64,000 bases of DNA from an uncultured virus (IMG/VR IMGVR_UViG_3300021256_000067). Lineage: Duplodnaviria; Heunggongvirae; Uroviricota; Caudoviricetes. Every line of letters starts with the position of its first letter. Positions within the stretch are counted from its first letter, which is position 1. Under the pieces are notes generated by a model. The model saw nothing but the letters and a program-made list of their open reading frames with translations, did not search any database and was not told where the DNA came from. A program made the translations under genes and the position numbers. The stretch lies in the IMG/VR virus record IMGVR_UViG_3300021256_000067. One strand, given 5' to 3'. Below, piece by piece: positions 1 through 10,164 of the stretch.

Positions 1-1
1 T

Positions 2-1468
2 ACAGATGCTAGCGCTAAGTTAGACGGCATTGAGGCAGGTGCACAGGTTAATAAGCTCGAAGCTGTTAAGTTGAACGATTCATTTGTTAATATTCAAACA
101 GATGCTGAGCATGGCAAATATGTAGATCTCGGTTCTATTGCTACTTCCGAATCTCTTGCAGATACAACGGCAGAAGCTAAAAAGCATTCAGTTGTTGAAG
201 AAGGTGCAAATAATCTTTGGGTAAAGGTAGTTGCAGGCACAGATACATCTGTAGGCGGTAAGACTTACATAGTAGATGATTCTTCACTTCGTGCTGAATT
301 AACAGATATGGATTCAGATATCTCGAATGCACAAGAAGCAGCTGATAATGCACAACAAGCTGTTGACGATTTAAGCACATTCGTAGGTACTATTCCTGCC
401 GGTGCAACTGCAACAACCGTTACAGGTTATGTTGACGAGAAAATCGCGGATGTATCGACATTGGCTGTAGTTAATGTGGAAAAACAGGCTACTGCTGAAA
501 GTGGCTTCGCTGCTACATATGTAGTTACACAGAATGGTACACAAGTTGGTTCAAAGATTAATATTCCTAAAGACTTTTTAGTAAAGAGTGCTTCTGTTGA
601 GACAGTTAGTACTGTAGACGATCCTTATACTGGAGCCGCTGTAGGTGACAAATATATTGATTTTGTTGTCAATACTGTAGACTCTTCTGAAACAGCTCAG
701 CACATTTACTTGCCAGTTAATGATTTAGTAGACGTTTATACAGCTACTAATCAAACTTCTGAAGTGACAGTGGCTATTGATTCAAACAATAACATTACAG
801 CTTCTATCGGAAGTATTGACGCTAATAAGATTAATTGGTATGATGGTACAAAATCTACCGATGTTTCTGCTGCTCTTACCGATTTATATTCTCAAATCGG
901 TGCAGGTGGTTCAGTATCAACTCAAATTCAACAAGCTGTTAATGCTCTTGATTCTTCTGTTACAGCAACAGGTACAGCACAGAAGAACGGTGTATTCGTA
1001 ATTTCTAAGGTTAATGAAGTTGATGGTTTACTTGATCAGAACGGTTCTACATTCGTAGAAGTTGAGCAGGCCGGTGCAGCTGCTGCAGCTAAATCAACAA
1101 TCGACGCTTATACCGTAAACGGTAAAGCTATTTCAACAAGTCCAGTTCTTGATGGTAGAGATATTAATGTAGATGCAAGCGCTGCTACTCCAGAAACTGT
1201 TAAGGCTGCTATTGAAAGATTAGATGCTGCTATTGGTGTTGATGGTTCAGTAGGTGAACAGATTGATTCTAAGATTAATGCTCTTGATTCAACTGTAACC
1301 GCTTCGGGTACCGCATCTAATAATGGTATTTTCGTACTCAGCAAAGTTAACCAGACTGATGGTAAACTTGATCCAGTTGAAGCTAATAAGTCTGAAGCTG
1401 TTGAGGTTTGGGCTGCTGCAGATTCTCAAGCTGTCGCAAATGCATTGACATGGGGAACATTCAATTAA
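2..1468 (+). CDS. Putative virion fibre/structural protein (5'-truncated by window edge)
   Basis: Frame is open from position 2 (TDASAKLDGIEAGAQVNKLE...), a motif common in phage fibre proteins. Ala/Thr/Asp/Val-rich, with an internal repeat (NALDSSVTATGTA / NALDSTVTASGTA). Confidence 0.6.
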   Translation, partial: TDASAKLDGIEAGAQVNKLEAVKLNDSFVNIQTDAEHGKYVDLGSIATSESLADTTAEAKKHSVVEEGANNLWVKVVAGTDTSVGGKTYIVDDSSLRAELTDMDSDISNAQEAADNAQQAVDDLSTFVGTIPAGATATTVTGYVDEKIADVSTLAVVNVEKQATAESGFAATYVVTQNGTQVGSKINIPKDFLVKSASVETVSTVDDPYTGAAVGDKYIDFVVNTVDSSETAQHIYLPVNDLVDVYTATNQTSEVTVAIDSNNNITASIGSIDANKINWYDGTKSTDVSAALTDLYSQIGAGGSVSTQIQQAVNALDSSVTATGTAQKNGVFVISKVNEVDGLLDQNGSTFVEVEQAGAAAAAKSTIDAYTVNGKAISTSPVLDGRDINVDASAATPETVKAAIERLDAAIGVDGSVGEQIDSKINALDSTVTASGTASNNGIFVLSKVNQTDGKLDPVEANKSEAVEVWAAADSQAVANALTWGTFN

Positions 1469-1488
1469 TTTAGTTCTTAATAAATTAA

Positions 1489-1518
1489 AAACCTCTTTCA
1501 AATATTTGAAAGAGGTTT
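1489..1518. terminator. Bidirectional intrinsic terminator
   Basis: 30-bp perfect palindrome aaacctctttcaaatatttgaaagaggttt between convergent genes, with A/T tracts on both sides. Confidence 0.8.
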
Positions 1519-1538
1519 AATTTTTTATTTAATTTTTA

Positions 1539-2237
1539 TTATCTTCTGCCGGGTCTCATTCCACCAGGATTACCTCCACCATGAGAACCTCCTGGACGTG
1601 ATCCGCCATTATAATTTCCAGAAGGTCTACTTGGGCCGCTTGATCTTGGAATAGATGGAGAGATACTTCTTGATGGAGAACTTACTCTTGGAGGTCTATT
1701 ACTATTTCCACTTCTTGGATTTACTCCTCCAGGCCTAGATCCATTACCAGGATGTCCATAATTACCGTTTCCACTTCTTGGATTTACTCCACCGGGACGA
1801 TGGCCACCAGGATAACCGGGATTTGGTTTATGTCCGGGATTATGAACTCCCGGGTTATGTGGTCTTCCTGAATGTCCATTACCTGGTCTATCAAAACCAT
1901 GATGGCCGGGAGGGAATCTGTAATTATGATCTCTCCAACTTGGACGAAATCTGTGATAATAATTATAATACCAATCCCAAGAATAAAGTGTACGATATGG
2001 CCTTAAATACCAATATCCGTCATACCAGAAAGGATAGTAATATAATCCATTATAAAAGTAATACCATAGACTGCCATTATAATAATAAGGTGTACCATAT
2101 GTAATTACTATGGATATATCCGAAGAGCCATCACTATAAGTATATACATCATCTGAAGTGACATATAAATCACTTGTGCATGATACTGATACCATTGATA
2201 CCATTAATGCCGCTACAAATAATAAAAGCTTTTTCAT
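1539..2237 (-). CDS. Bacteroidota-type lipoprotein with Tyr-rich domain and Pro/Gly/Arg-rich tail
   Basis: MKKLLLFVAALMVSMVSVSC signal II/lipobox, Tyr/Trp-rich middle, low-complexity tail with duplicated RPGGVNPRSGN. Confidence 0.75.
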   Translation of the reverse strand: MKKLLLFVAALMVSMVSVSCTSDLYVTSDDVYTYSDGSSDISIVITYGTPYYYNGSLWYYFYNGLYYYPFWYDGYWYLRPYRTLYSWDWYYNYYHRFRPSWRDHNYRFPPGHHGFDRPGNGHSGRPHNPGVHNPGHKPNPGYPGGHRPGGVNPRSGNGNYGHPGNGSRPGGVNPRSGNSNRPPRVSSPSRSISPSIPRSSGPSRPSGNYNGGSRPGGSHGGGNPGGMRPGRR

Positions 2238-2255
2238 AATTTTAAAATTTTATTT

Positions 2256-2292
2256 TATATTAAACTTATCTTTTATATAACTGTTTAAAAAA
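2256..2292. promoter_or_regulatory. TAAAC-N17-GTTTA motif, readable on both strands (putative divergent middle promoter)
   Basis: TAAAC 2261-2265, 17 nt, GTTTA 2283-2287. Lies between the divergent genes 2237(-) and 2294(+). Confidence 0.6.
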
Positions 2293-2293
2293 T

Positions 2294-3047
2294 ATGAAAG
2301 TTGCAGTTTTATTAAATACACATTTTTTAAACGATGAAGTCTGGAACAGGTTTAATCTTTTAAAAGAAGACGTACTTGATAATTTTGAATTTTTTATTAT
2401 CCAGAATAATGAATCTGTAAAAAATCCTTATTATAATATTTATAAAATTAATAATATTTCTGTTTTTGATTATTCTTCAGAAGCATTAAAAACCGAAGGA
2501 TATAAACTCTTACCATCATTAGGATTTAAATCTATAATGTGGAGCAATGGTTCATTAATGCCTATTAATTTATTTCAGAAACATTTTCCTGATTATGATT
2601 ATTACTGGTCTATTGAATATGATATAATATTTAATGGGAAATGGAAATATTTTTTTTGAGACTGTACATAAGAAAGATTTTGATTTTTGCACATCACATT
2701 TAGGTATGTCATTATCTGATTGGTGGTGGTATTCATATATAACTATTCCAGGGACAGTATCAAATACATTTATACAGGGATATATAAGAATGAGATCATT
2801 TAATACTATATGTGCTTTCTCAAACAGATTTTTAAAATATTTCGATAAAATATATAAAATGGGATTTTATGGAAACTGCGAGCAGACAATTCCTACAGCG
2901 GCTTTTAATTCTAAAGAGCATTTTAAGATTATAGATTTAGCCAGTGATTTAAATTTATGCAGTTGGGAAAGTAATAACTGGCAGGTCTATTATGAGAATA
3001 TTGATACGGAAAATTATATATATCATCCAGTTAAAATAAAACAATGA
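2294..3047 (+). pseudogene. DUF3405-like glycosyltransferase-related gene split by a frameshift in a T8 tract
   Basis: ORF 2294-2659 carries YDYYWSIEYDIIFNGKW and ORF 2634-3047 ends in YHPVK. Removing one T at 2650-2657 fuses them in frame (KWKYFFETVHKK). Confidence 0.6.
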
Positions 3048-5794
3048 TTATAAGTAAAGAACAACGAGACTGTATTTTACCTAATGGAGAAATAGGAAAA
3101 GAATTAATTATATCTTATGTCAATAAACAAGGTAAAATTCAGTTTCTTCAATATAAAATTCCACAAGAACAGATGTTTCAATGGGAGTATTGTACAAAAA
3201 GAACAATGCTTCAGGCTGATCCTATATTTAAATCTTGGGATAATAAACCAGTAAAGAAGAAAAAATGCAAGAAACTGAATGAATTCAGGTTAAATGAACT
3301 CCTATCAAGTTTTGGCGATGCGATTTCTCCATTATTTGATAGTACAGTTCCGGAGACATGGTTTTGTGATATCGAGACACAGATTTCTGAAGAAGGTTTT
3401 ACCGAGCCAGAATCCGCAAGGATGCCTATTAATACAATAGCTTTGACAAAATTTCCTGAAACTATTGTATGGGGACGTAAACCTTTATCTGAAGCCGAGC
3501 AGATTTCCATTCAGAAAAAGTTGGATACATATGCGCCTGATAAAATAAAAGGATATAAATTTACATATAAGTATTTCGCCAATGAGGCGGATATGATTAT
3601 AGATTTCCTTAAATTTATTAAGGATATCCCAGCACTTACAGGATGGAATTTCGTAGGATATGACTGGCTTTATATTATTAACAGATGTAAATTATTAAGT
3701 ATAGATTATAAATTCATTTCTCCTACCGGGGCATTTATGCAATGGAAACTGAATAATAAATCAGGAAATATTAATTGTCCTGTTCCAATGCATAAAGTAA
3801 TTTATGATTATATGCTTATCATGAAAAGATGGGAATATTCGCTTAAACCATATGAAAGCTGGAAACTTGATTGGGTTGCGGAAAAGGCATTAGGTGTAAA
3901 AAAAGTAGAGCATCCTGATTTTTTAACATTTTATAATGACCATTATGAAGATTATGTTTTTTATAATGCTGTTGATACAATTCTTGTAGAATTAATAGAT
4001 AAAATGATTCATATGGCAGATGTGATGTTTTCACTGGCTGCCGAGTTAAAAATCGAGATTAAAGATACATTATCTACTATTACACCTGTTCATACGGCTA
4101 TTACTAATTTCATTTATAAACAGAATAAAGTGTTTCCTGTAATCGATAAAGGAAATTCTGAGAGAGGTGATTATGAAGGTGCATTTGTATGGCCTTCACA
4201 ACCAGGTGTTTATAAGTATGTATGTGGAGTTGATGCTCAATCTATGTATCCAGGAATTATTAGACAATTCCAAATCAGTCCTGAGAATTTCTTGGGAATG
4301 GCTTCAAAAGGATATATCAGAAAACCTGATGAAATTGTCACAAAGTCAGGAGCCATATTTAAAAAAGATAAAAATGCCGTACTTCCGGCTATCTGTAAAT
4401 TTTATTTCTTGGAACGTGTAGCGGCTAAAGGATGTAAGAAAACAGCGGCAAAGCAATATAAGGATTTTCTCCATATATATGAGAAAAGAGAAAAAGGAAA
4501 AGCTCCAAAGACTTATAAGAATTCTGAAAAGAATTATTCTCAGATAGATCCATTAACATGTTCTATGGAAGAACTATGGAATGAAACAGAAAGATTATGT
4601 CAGCTTATGAATTATTATGAAAATAAACAGTTGGCATTTAAGATTTTCATTAATTCGATATATGGTGCCTGCGGTAATCAGTATATGAGGTTATTCTTAT
4701 TGGAAGCTGCAGAAGCGATTACTCTACAAGGACAGGATTTGAACCATTATACAGAGAATTGTATTAATCATTATCTGACATATGAATTCCAGAAAGATAC
4801 AGAATTACATAAGAAATTAGGAATCGAGACAGAAAAAGCCCAGCAGTTTAATTTGAATTGCGGACGATTGACAAAAACCGCGGTAGATTTAAAAAATTGC
4901 CATTGGCTGGATCCTAAAATCGGAGCGACATCTATTGTATATGGAGATACAGATTCTGTTTATACTGAGCTTGGACGTTTAATTAATTTCTTTAATATCC
5001 CAGATGATCAAGCATGTCAATGGATACTTATATTATGGAATGATGGTATTAATAAATATCTTCAACAGAAATTTCAAGAGTATTCAGACAAATATAACTG
5101 TGATGAAAATCTGCAGGTATGGGAGCTTGAAAAGATTATCCGAACAGCATTAATATATGCTAAAAAACATAATGCACTTGAAGTCGGTTGGGATGATTCA
5201 GGAATTTTTTATGGACCTATGGAGAAAATATCATATACAGGGCTTGAAGTTGTACAAGGATCTACTCCTATATATGCGAAGAAGTGTCAAAAAGAGATGA
5301 TTGAATATGTTTTAGAACATTACAGTCATTCATCTCAGCGTCCAGAATATTCTGATCTTATAATGATGTTGAAGAAATATAAGGCCCAGATGCCGTTGCA
5401 AGATCCAGATGATATATGTAAATCAATGGGTATAAGTGATTATAATAAATGGATTCTGGAAGATAAGAATACTGTGACGACAAGGTTGCATACTCCTTTT
5501 CATGTTAAAGCCGCGGCTGTGGCGAATCATCTTCTATATAAAAATAAGAAGTATATGACTAAGTATAATTTTATTAAATCTGGTGATAAAGTTAAATTCT
5601 ATTACACGACAGACAAGAATTTTGACGCTTTCGGGTTCCAGCCAGGTGAATTTCCTGTTGAATTCGCGCCTAAAATCGATTATGAACAGCAATTTGATAA
5701 ATTGATATTAACTCCTTTGAATTCATTGATAGGAAAAGTATTGGGATATAATGAATTAAACGTAACATTATGTTATTCAGAAAGCCTTTGGTAA
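3044..5794 (+). CDS. Family B DNA polymerase with 3'-5' exonuclease
   Basis: ExoI DIET, ExoII GWNFVGYD, ExoIII YNAVD; motif A DAQSMYP, motif B KIFINSIYG, motif C YGDTDS. Confidence 0.95.
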   Translation: MIISKEQRDCILPNGEIGKELIISYVNKQGKIQFLQYKIPQEQMFQWEYCTKRTMLQADPIFKSWDNKPVKKKKCKKLNEFRLNELLSSFGDAISPLFDSTVPETWFCDIETQISEEGFTEPESARMPINTIALTKFPETIVWGRKPLSEAEQISIQKKLDTYAPDKIKGYKFTYKYFANEADMIIDFLKFIKDIPALTGWNFVGYDWLYIINRCKLLSIDYKFISPTGAFMQWKLNNKSGNINCPVPMHKVIYDYMLIMKRWEYSLKPYESWKLDWVAEKALGVKKVEHPDFLTFYNDHYEDYVFYNAVDTILVELIDKMIHMADVMFSLAAELKIEIKDTLSTITPVHTAITNFIYKQNKVFPVIDKGNSERGDYEGAFVWPSQPGVYKYVCGVDAQSMYPGIIRQFQISPENFLGMASKGYIRKPDEIVTKSGAIFKKDKNAVLPAICKFYFLERVAAKGCKKTAAKQYKDFLHIYEKREKGKAPKTYKNSEKNYSQIDPLTCSMEELWNETERLCQLMNYYENKQLAFKIFINSIYGACGNQYMRLFLLEAAEAITLQGQDLNHYTENCINHYLTYEFQKDTELHKKLGIETEKAQQFNLNCGRLTKTAVDLKNCHWLDPKIGATSIVYGDTDSVYTELGRLINFFNIPDDQACQWILILWNDGINKYLQQKFQEYSDKYNCDENLQVWELEKIIRTALIYAKKHNALEVGWDDSGIFYGPMEKISYTGLEVVQGSTPIYAKKCQKEMIEYVLEHYSHSSQRPEYSDLIMMLKKYKAQMPLQDPDDICKSMGISDYNKWILEDKNTVTTRLHTPFHVKAAAVANHLLYKNKKYMTKYNFIKSGDKVKFYYTTDKNFDAFGFQPGEFPVEFAPKIDYEQQFDKLILTPLNSLIGKVLGYNELNVTLCYSESLW

Positions 5795-5798
5795 AATA

Positions 5799-5830
5799 AA
5801 AAATGGAACTTTATTAGTTCCATTTTTATT
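5799..5830 (+). terminator. Intrinsic terminator
   Basis: Stem aaaaatggaact/agttccattttt immediately after the polymerase stop. Confidence 0.75.
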
Positions 5831-5911
5831 TTGAATCTATATAATTTATAATTTGACATATTAAATTTAGGGCTTTTCCATTATCAAATTTATAAAACTA
5901 GTTATGTTTAT

Positions 5912-5943
5912 AAAACTAATGAGTTTCCTTATCTTTTAAAAAA
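5912..5943 (+). promoter_or_regulatory. Putative middle promoter (AAAAC-N17-TTTTAAAAAA variant)
   Basis: Same spacing as the other TAAAC-N17 elements, directly upstream of ATG 5945. Confidence 0.45.
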
Positions 5944-5944
5944 T

Positions 5945-6640
5945 ATGGAAAAAAGAAATTTAAAATACTTCTGTTTTACTGGTGGATGCTTTTCCGGTAA
6001 AACTACTACAATGAATCTGATTAAAGAAAGATTTGAGAATATACACGGGATTAACTGTATGATTCTCAGTGAGCCTATTCGTGATTACAAAGGAACTATA
6101 GATATATCAGAATTCCGTAAAGATGTGCGTCAATATCTTCAGATGCAGATAGATACATGTGAGATGCGTACCAAGCGTGAATTAGAGGTTTTAGAAAAGC
6201 ATAAAAATGAAAAAGTCTGTGTGCTACAAGATAGAGGTGTAGCCGATTGTATTTTTTACAGCCGTCATTATATCAACAGAAATACTTTACCTGATGATCT
6301 GATAGATTCTTATGATGATCTGTTATTTTATCTTGATAATTTCGGAGAAGACAATTCATATAATTATGTTTATGATTATGTTTTAGAATTCAAGCCATTA
6401 GAGATAAAAGCAGAGACAGATGATCAGAAAAGCTTCAGACCTAAAGATATAGATGAAATCAAATATACAGAATATAAAGAAATCCATAATTGGAATGAAT
6501 GGTTCTGTTCACCGGATGCTGAACATAAGAATCCGTTGAAATATAAAATTATTGATTTAAACCAAATGAGTAAAGATGATTTAAACCAATATATCGATAA
6601 ATTAGCAGAAGAGATTAAAGAAAGTTGGAAAGATGAATAG
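5945..6640 (+). CDS. P-loop nucleotide kinase-like protein (AAA_28/NadR-type)
   Basis: N-terminal Walker A FTGGCFSGKTT and a QDRGVAD motif; overlaps the start of the TS-family gene. Confidence 0.7.
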   Translation: MEKRNLKYFCFTGGCFSGKTTTMNLIKERFENIHGINCMILSEPIRDYKGTIDISEFRKDVRQYLQMQIDTCEMRTKRELEVLEKHKNEKVCVLQDRGVADCIFYSRHYINRNTLPDDLIDSYDDLLFYLDNFGEDNSYNYVYDYVLEFKPLEIKAETDDQKSFRPKDIDEIKYTEYKEIHNWNEWFCSPDAEHKNPLKYKIIDLNQMSKDDLNQYIDKLAEEIKESWKDE

Positions 6641-7541
6641 TTTTGAGAGACAATATGCAGATTCTTTAAAAAGAGTTTTAAATGAAGGAGTAAAATGTCA
6701 TAACCGTACAGGAGTAGATGCTTATACTGTACAGCATCAGGATTTTATTATAGAGGATATAATGAATAATTTTCCGGGGATTAAAGGAAAGAAAGTATAT
6801 CCGTTAATGGCTTTAAAGGAAATTCTGTGGATGTGTCATGGCCGTACAGATGTCAAATGGCTTCAGGACAGGGGAGTTACTTATTGGGATGAATGGGCTC
6901 AAGAAGACGGGACAATTGGTAAAAGTTATGGTTATCAGTATAGAAATTTCAATGGTATTGACCAGTTACAGAAACTTATAAATGATATGATTGAATATCC
7001 TGAATCCAGGAGGTTGATTCTCAATCTTTGGAATGTGAATGAGTTGGATGAGATGGCATTGGCTCCTTGTGTATATGATTTTAATTTTAATTGTTTTAAT
7101 ACAGGAGATAATCATTATGATGTGAATTTACATGTACATGTAAGAAGTAATGACGCGTTCCTTGGAGTTCCTTATGATTTTATGTATGCCGCTTGGTTTC
7201 TTCATATTATATGTAAATATATTTCTATGTACTCACAATGGAGATTTAATCCCAAAAACATTTATTATACAGCCGATAATTACCATATATATGTAAATCA
7301 TATTGATCAGGTAAAAGAATATCTTAAAAACACGGAAGAAAATAAAGATGATATTCTAAGTATTCCTATTCAGTTATTGGGAGATTGCGTATTGGATACA
7401 AGAATAATGGGAAAAATGTCTTTTGACGAGTACCTTGACAAATATGAATTTGTAGCGACAAAAAATAAAATAGTCAAATTGGTTCCTGTAAAAGATTTGA
7501 CATTTGAATATGGACCTATAAAAGCACCTGTAGCAGTTTAA
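6633..7541 (+). CDS. Thymidylate synthase family enzyme with Asp at the specificity position (possible dCMP methyl/hydroxymethyltransferase)
   Basis: NRTG, WDEWA, YGYQYR, SRRLI, MALAPC (catalytic Cys), RSNDAFLGVPYD, HIYVNH. Confidence 0.85.
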   Translation: MNSFERQYADSLKRVLNEGVKCHNRTGVDAYTVQHQDFIIEDIMNNFPGIKGKKVYPLMALKEILWMCHGRTDVKWLQDRGVTYWDEWAQEDGTIGKSYGYQYRNFNGIDQLQKLINDMIEYPESRRLILNLWNVNELDEMALAPCVYDFNFNCFNTGDNHYDVNLHVHVRSNDAFLGVPYDFMYAAWFLHIICKYISMYSQWRFNPKNIYYTADNYHIYVNHIDQVKEYLKNTEENKDDILSIPIQLLGDCVLDTRIMGKMSFDEYLDKYEFVATKNKIVKLVPVKDLTFEYGPIKAPVAV

Positions 7542-7550
7542 ATAAATAAA

Positions 7551-7596
7551 AAAATAAAATCAGGATTGAATTAAGTTTCAATCCTGATTTTATTTT
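7551..7596. terminator. Bidirectional terminator
   Basis: 20-bp stem aaaataaaatcaggattgaa/ttcaatcctgattttatttt between convergent genes. Confidence 0.85.
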
Positions 7597-8180
7597 TAAT
7601 AATCTTCTAATTCATCTAAATCCTCGTCAGTATAATCTTCCCAGCTGATATCCGTATTTCCGTCAAAATAATCATATACTAGTTTATTTTGAAAATCTCT
7701 TATATTTTTTTGAGATTCATCAGATAAAGAATCATAATAATCTACAAAAGTTTTAAACTTCCTGTCTGGATCAACTGAATCTTTATTTAAACCTAAGTCT
7801 TCCCAATTTTCATCGCTCCAATCTTCCTCAGAACTTTCCCATGCATCAAAAAAACAGCAACCGCATTCTTCCATTAATAATTCATCATAATACCATCGTA
7901 TACCTCCAGACCAACTGTCACTGATACACATACGAATTGTATAATTTGTACCGTTTTCTATAAAACCTTTTAAATCTTCTGATAATTCGGCAAAATTGAA
8001 ATCTCTTGAAGTTGTATGTATTAAATCTTTTTCTGAATTATTTACAGTATCATTTTCCCAATTCATTAATACTTCATTCAGATGTTTCTTAACAACTTTA
8101 GAAACATCATTCATTATACTTTCATATAATGATTTATTATTGTTTCTTTTCTTTTTCTGACTTAATCTTTCTATAAGCAT
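7596..8180 (-). CDS. Leader-family acidic protein (long leader SLYESIMNDVSKVVKKHLNEVLMNW)
   Basis: Shared N-terminal motif; AATAAATA upstream on the minus strand (8201-8208). Confidence 0.75.
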   Translation of the reverse strand: MLIERLSQKKKRNNNKSLYESIMNDVSKVVKKHLNEVLMNWENDTVNNSEKDLIHTTSRDFNFAELSEDLKGFIENGTNYTIRMCISDSWSGGIRWYYDELLMEECGCCFFDAWESSEEDWSDENWEDLGLNKDSVDPDRKFKTFVDYYDSLSDESQKNIRDFQNKLVYDYFDGNTDISWEDYTDEDLDELEDY

Positions 8181-8208
8181 ATTTAAAAATTATTTTTTTT
8201 TATTTATT

Positions 8209-8240
8209 TAAACTTCTATTATATATGATATTTTAATAAT
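8209..8240 (+). promoter_or_regulatory. Putative middle promoter TAAAC-N17-TTTTAATAAT
   Basis: Ends 7 nt upstream of helicase ATG 8248. Confidence 0.6.
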
Positions 8241-8247
8241 ATATTTT

Positions 8248-10164
8248 ATGTATAATCCAAAAGATATATTAGATAACATAGAGAAATGGACTGAGAAGTG
8301 GTTAGGCTCTGACTTTCAATTCAGAAAGTATCAGAAAGAAACTGTTCTCAGGACATTAATTAATATACTTAACAAAAGGTCCAGGAATACGATTATCAAT
8401 GCCCCGACGGGATCTGGAAAATCCATAACAGCATTAATAGTCGCCGGGGTGGCTGCGGAATATTATCAGAAAAGCTCATATATCCTCGTCAGTGACACTT
8501 ATCTGCATGAACAGTATGAGAATGCTATTAATAAATTTAATCTTCCGTATGGCAATATAAAAGGCCGCGAGAATAATTATATATGTGATAAAAACCAAAG
8601 GGATGTCATATGTTCAGAATGTGTTCTTAATAATGTAAGCCTGAAAAAACTTATGGATTCCGCCTGGGTATCAAAACATAAAGAATACCATTGCGCCAGA
8701 ACATGTAAATGGATTCTTGATAGGAAAAAGGCGATTGAATCATCTGTCTCGGTTTTGACATACCAGTTCTGGATGTATCAGATTCATCAAGTAGAAGAAT
8801 CTCTGTTTACAGAAAGGGATATAATCATTTATGATGAGTGTCACAAAATCCCGGATATTGTACAGTCCTTATGTACATTAAGGTTCAATGAATTCGACAT
8901 TGATAAGTTAAAGGCTATACAGTCTCATTCATTGTTAAATGATTATACAGATTCTCAATTGAATCTGGTAAAGAAAATAAAACAGGTATTTGACAATGAA
9001 TTAGTTTTAAGTGATTTATCTGCTCCTAAATTCGCCAAATCAATCAAAGATATTTTTGCAGGATTAAAAAAATCAGAAGATAAAGAAAAACAATATTCTT
9101 TATTAAAGGAGTTATATACAGATTTCATTAAACCCTGTATGGCTGTAAGGATGATTTATTCTTATAACATGGAGCAGGAATTGGCGAAAGGAGAACATCT
9201 CACCAAAAAGGATTATGAGATACTGGAGAAATTCCAGTGGTTTGATAATTTTACCATAAAATTTCAGTGGCTGTTTGATGTTATAGACAATTCCAATATA
9301 GGGATATCGACATTAATAAAAGAAATACAGACATTGGAATATAAGACAAATTCTTTATTTGAAGATACAGATCATTATACAGAATTGGCTTTCTGCTCGA
9401 TTGATGAATCATATATAATATGGGATAAGCTTTTAAAGCATTCAGGATCTCATAATGTATTGATGTCCGCTACTGTCGGAGATATAAATATATACACGCG
9501 TAATTTAGGTTTAAATTTATATTATCCTGAAAATGAAGAACTTATATATGATTATATGCAGATAAAATCAATATTTGACTTTTCTAAATCAAATATAAAT
9601 ATTTTACCGTTCTACAGGATGAGTTATAAAGAGAAAGATACATCTCTTCCTAAATTAGCAAGGTATGTAGAAATGATATGCAATGCCCATAAAGGACAGC
9701 ATGGTATTCTGCATACTGGATCATATGAGATAACCAGAAAATTATTAAGTATGATTCAAGACAATAATGTTAAGGAAAGATTAAAATATTATAACACTAC
9801 ATCAGAAAAGAAAGATCTGATACGTGAAATAAATTTTAAAAATGATACAGTTATAACCGGACCGTCAATGATTGAAGGAGTTGATCTTCCAGATGATTTA
9901 TGCAGGTTTATGATAATACTGAAAGTCCCGTATCCTTCACTGGGCTCAGAATATGTAAAAGCCAAAATGAAATATATTGACGGATGGTATCACGCGCAAA
10001 CAGTAAACCAGTTAATACAATGCATAGGTCGGGGTGTAAGAAATGAAAAAGACTGGTGTATTACATATATTTTAGATGGCTGTTTTATGGGAGATATTTT
10101 AAAAGGTGTAACTGAACAAGATAATAACATTAAAAATAGATTAAGAATTTTTTCGCATGAGTGA
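8248..10164 (+). CDS. SF2 DinG/XPD-like helicase
   Basis: APTGSGKS, Cys cluster, DECH, SAT, EGVDLP, KVPYP, QCIGRGVR. Confidence 0.88.
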   Translation: MYNPKDILDNIEKWTEKWLGSDFQFRKYQKETVLRTLINILNKRSRNTIINAPTGSGKSITALIVAGVAAEYYQKSSYILVSDTYLHEQYENAINKFNLPYGNIKGRENNYICDKNQRDVICSECVLNNVSLKKLMDSAWVSKHKEYHCARTCKWILDRKKAIESSVSVLTYQFWMYQIHQVEESLFTERDIIIYDECHKIPDIVQSLCTLRFNEFDIDKLKAIQSHSLLNDYTDSQLNLVKKIKQVFDNELVLSDLSAPKFAKSIKDIFAGLKKSEDKEKQYSLLKELYTDFIKPCMAVRMIYSYNMEQELAKGEHLTKKDYEILEKFQWFDNFTIKFQWLFDVIDNSNIGISTLIKEIQTLEYKTNSLFEDTDHYTELAFCSIDESYIIWDKLLKHSGSHNVLMSATVGDINIYTRNLGLNLYYPENEELIYDYMQIKSIFDFSKSNINILPFYRMSYKEKDTSLPKLARYVEMICNAHKGQHGILHTGSYEITRKLLSMIQDNNVKERLKYYNTTSEKKDLIREINFKNDTVITGPSMIEGVDLPDDLCRFMIILKVPYPSLGSEYVKAKMKYIDGWYHAQTVNQLIQCIGRGVRNEKDWCITYILDGCFMGDILKGVTEQDNNIKNRLRIFSHE

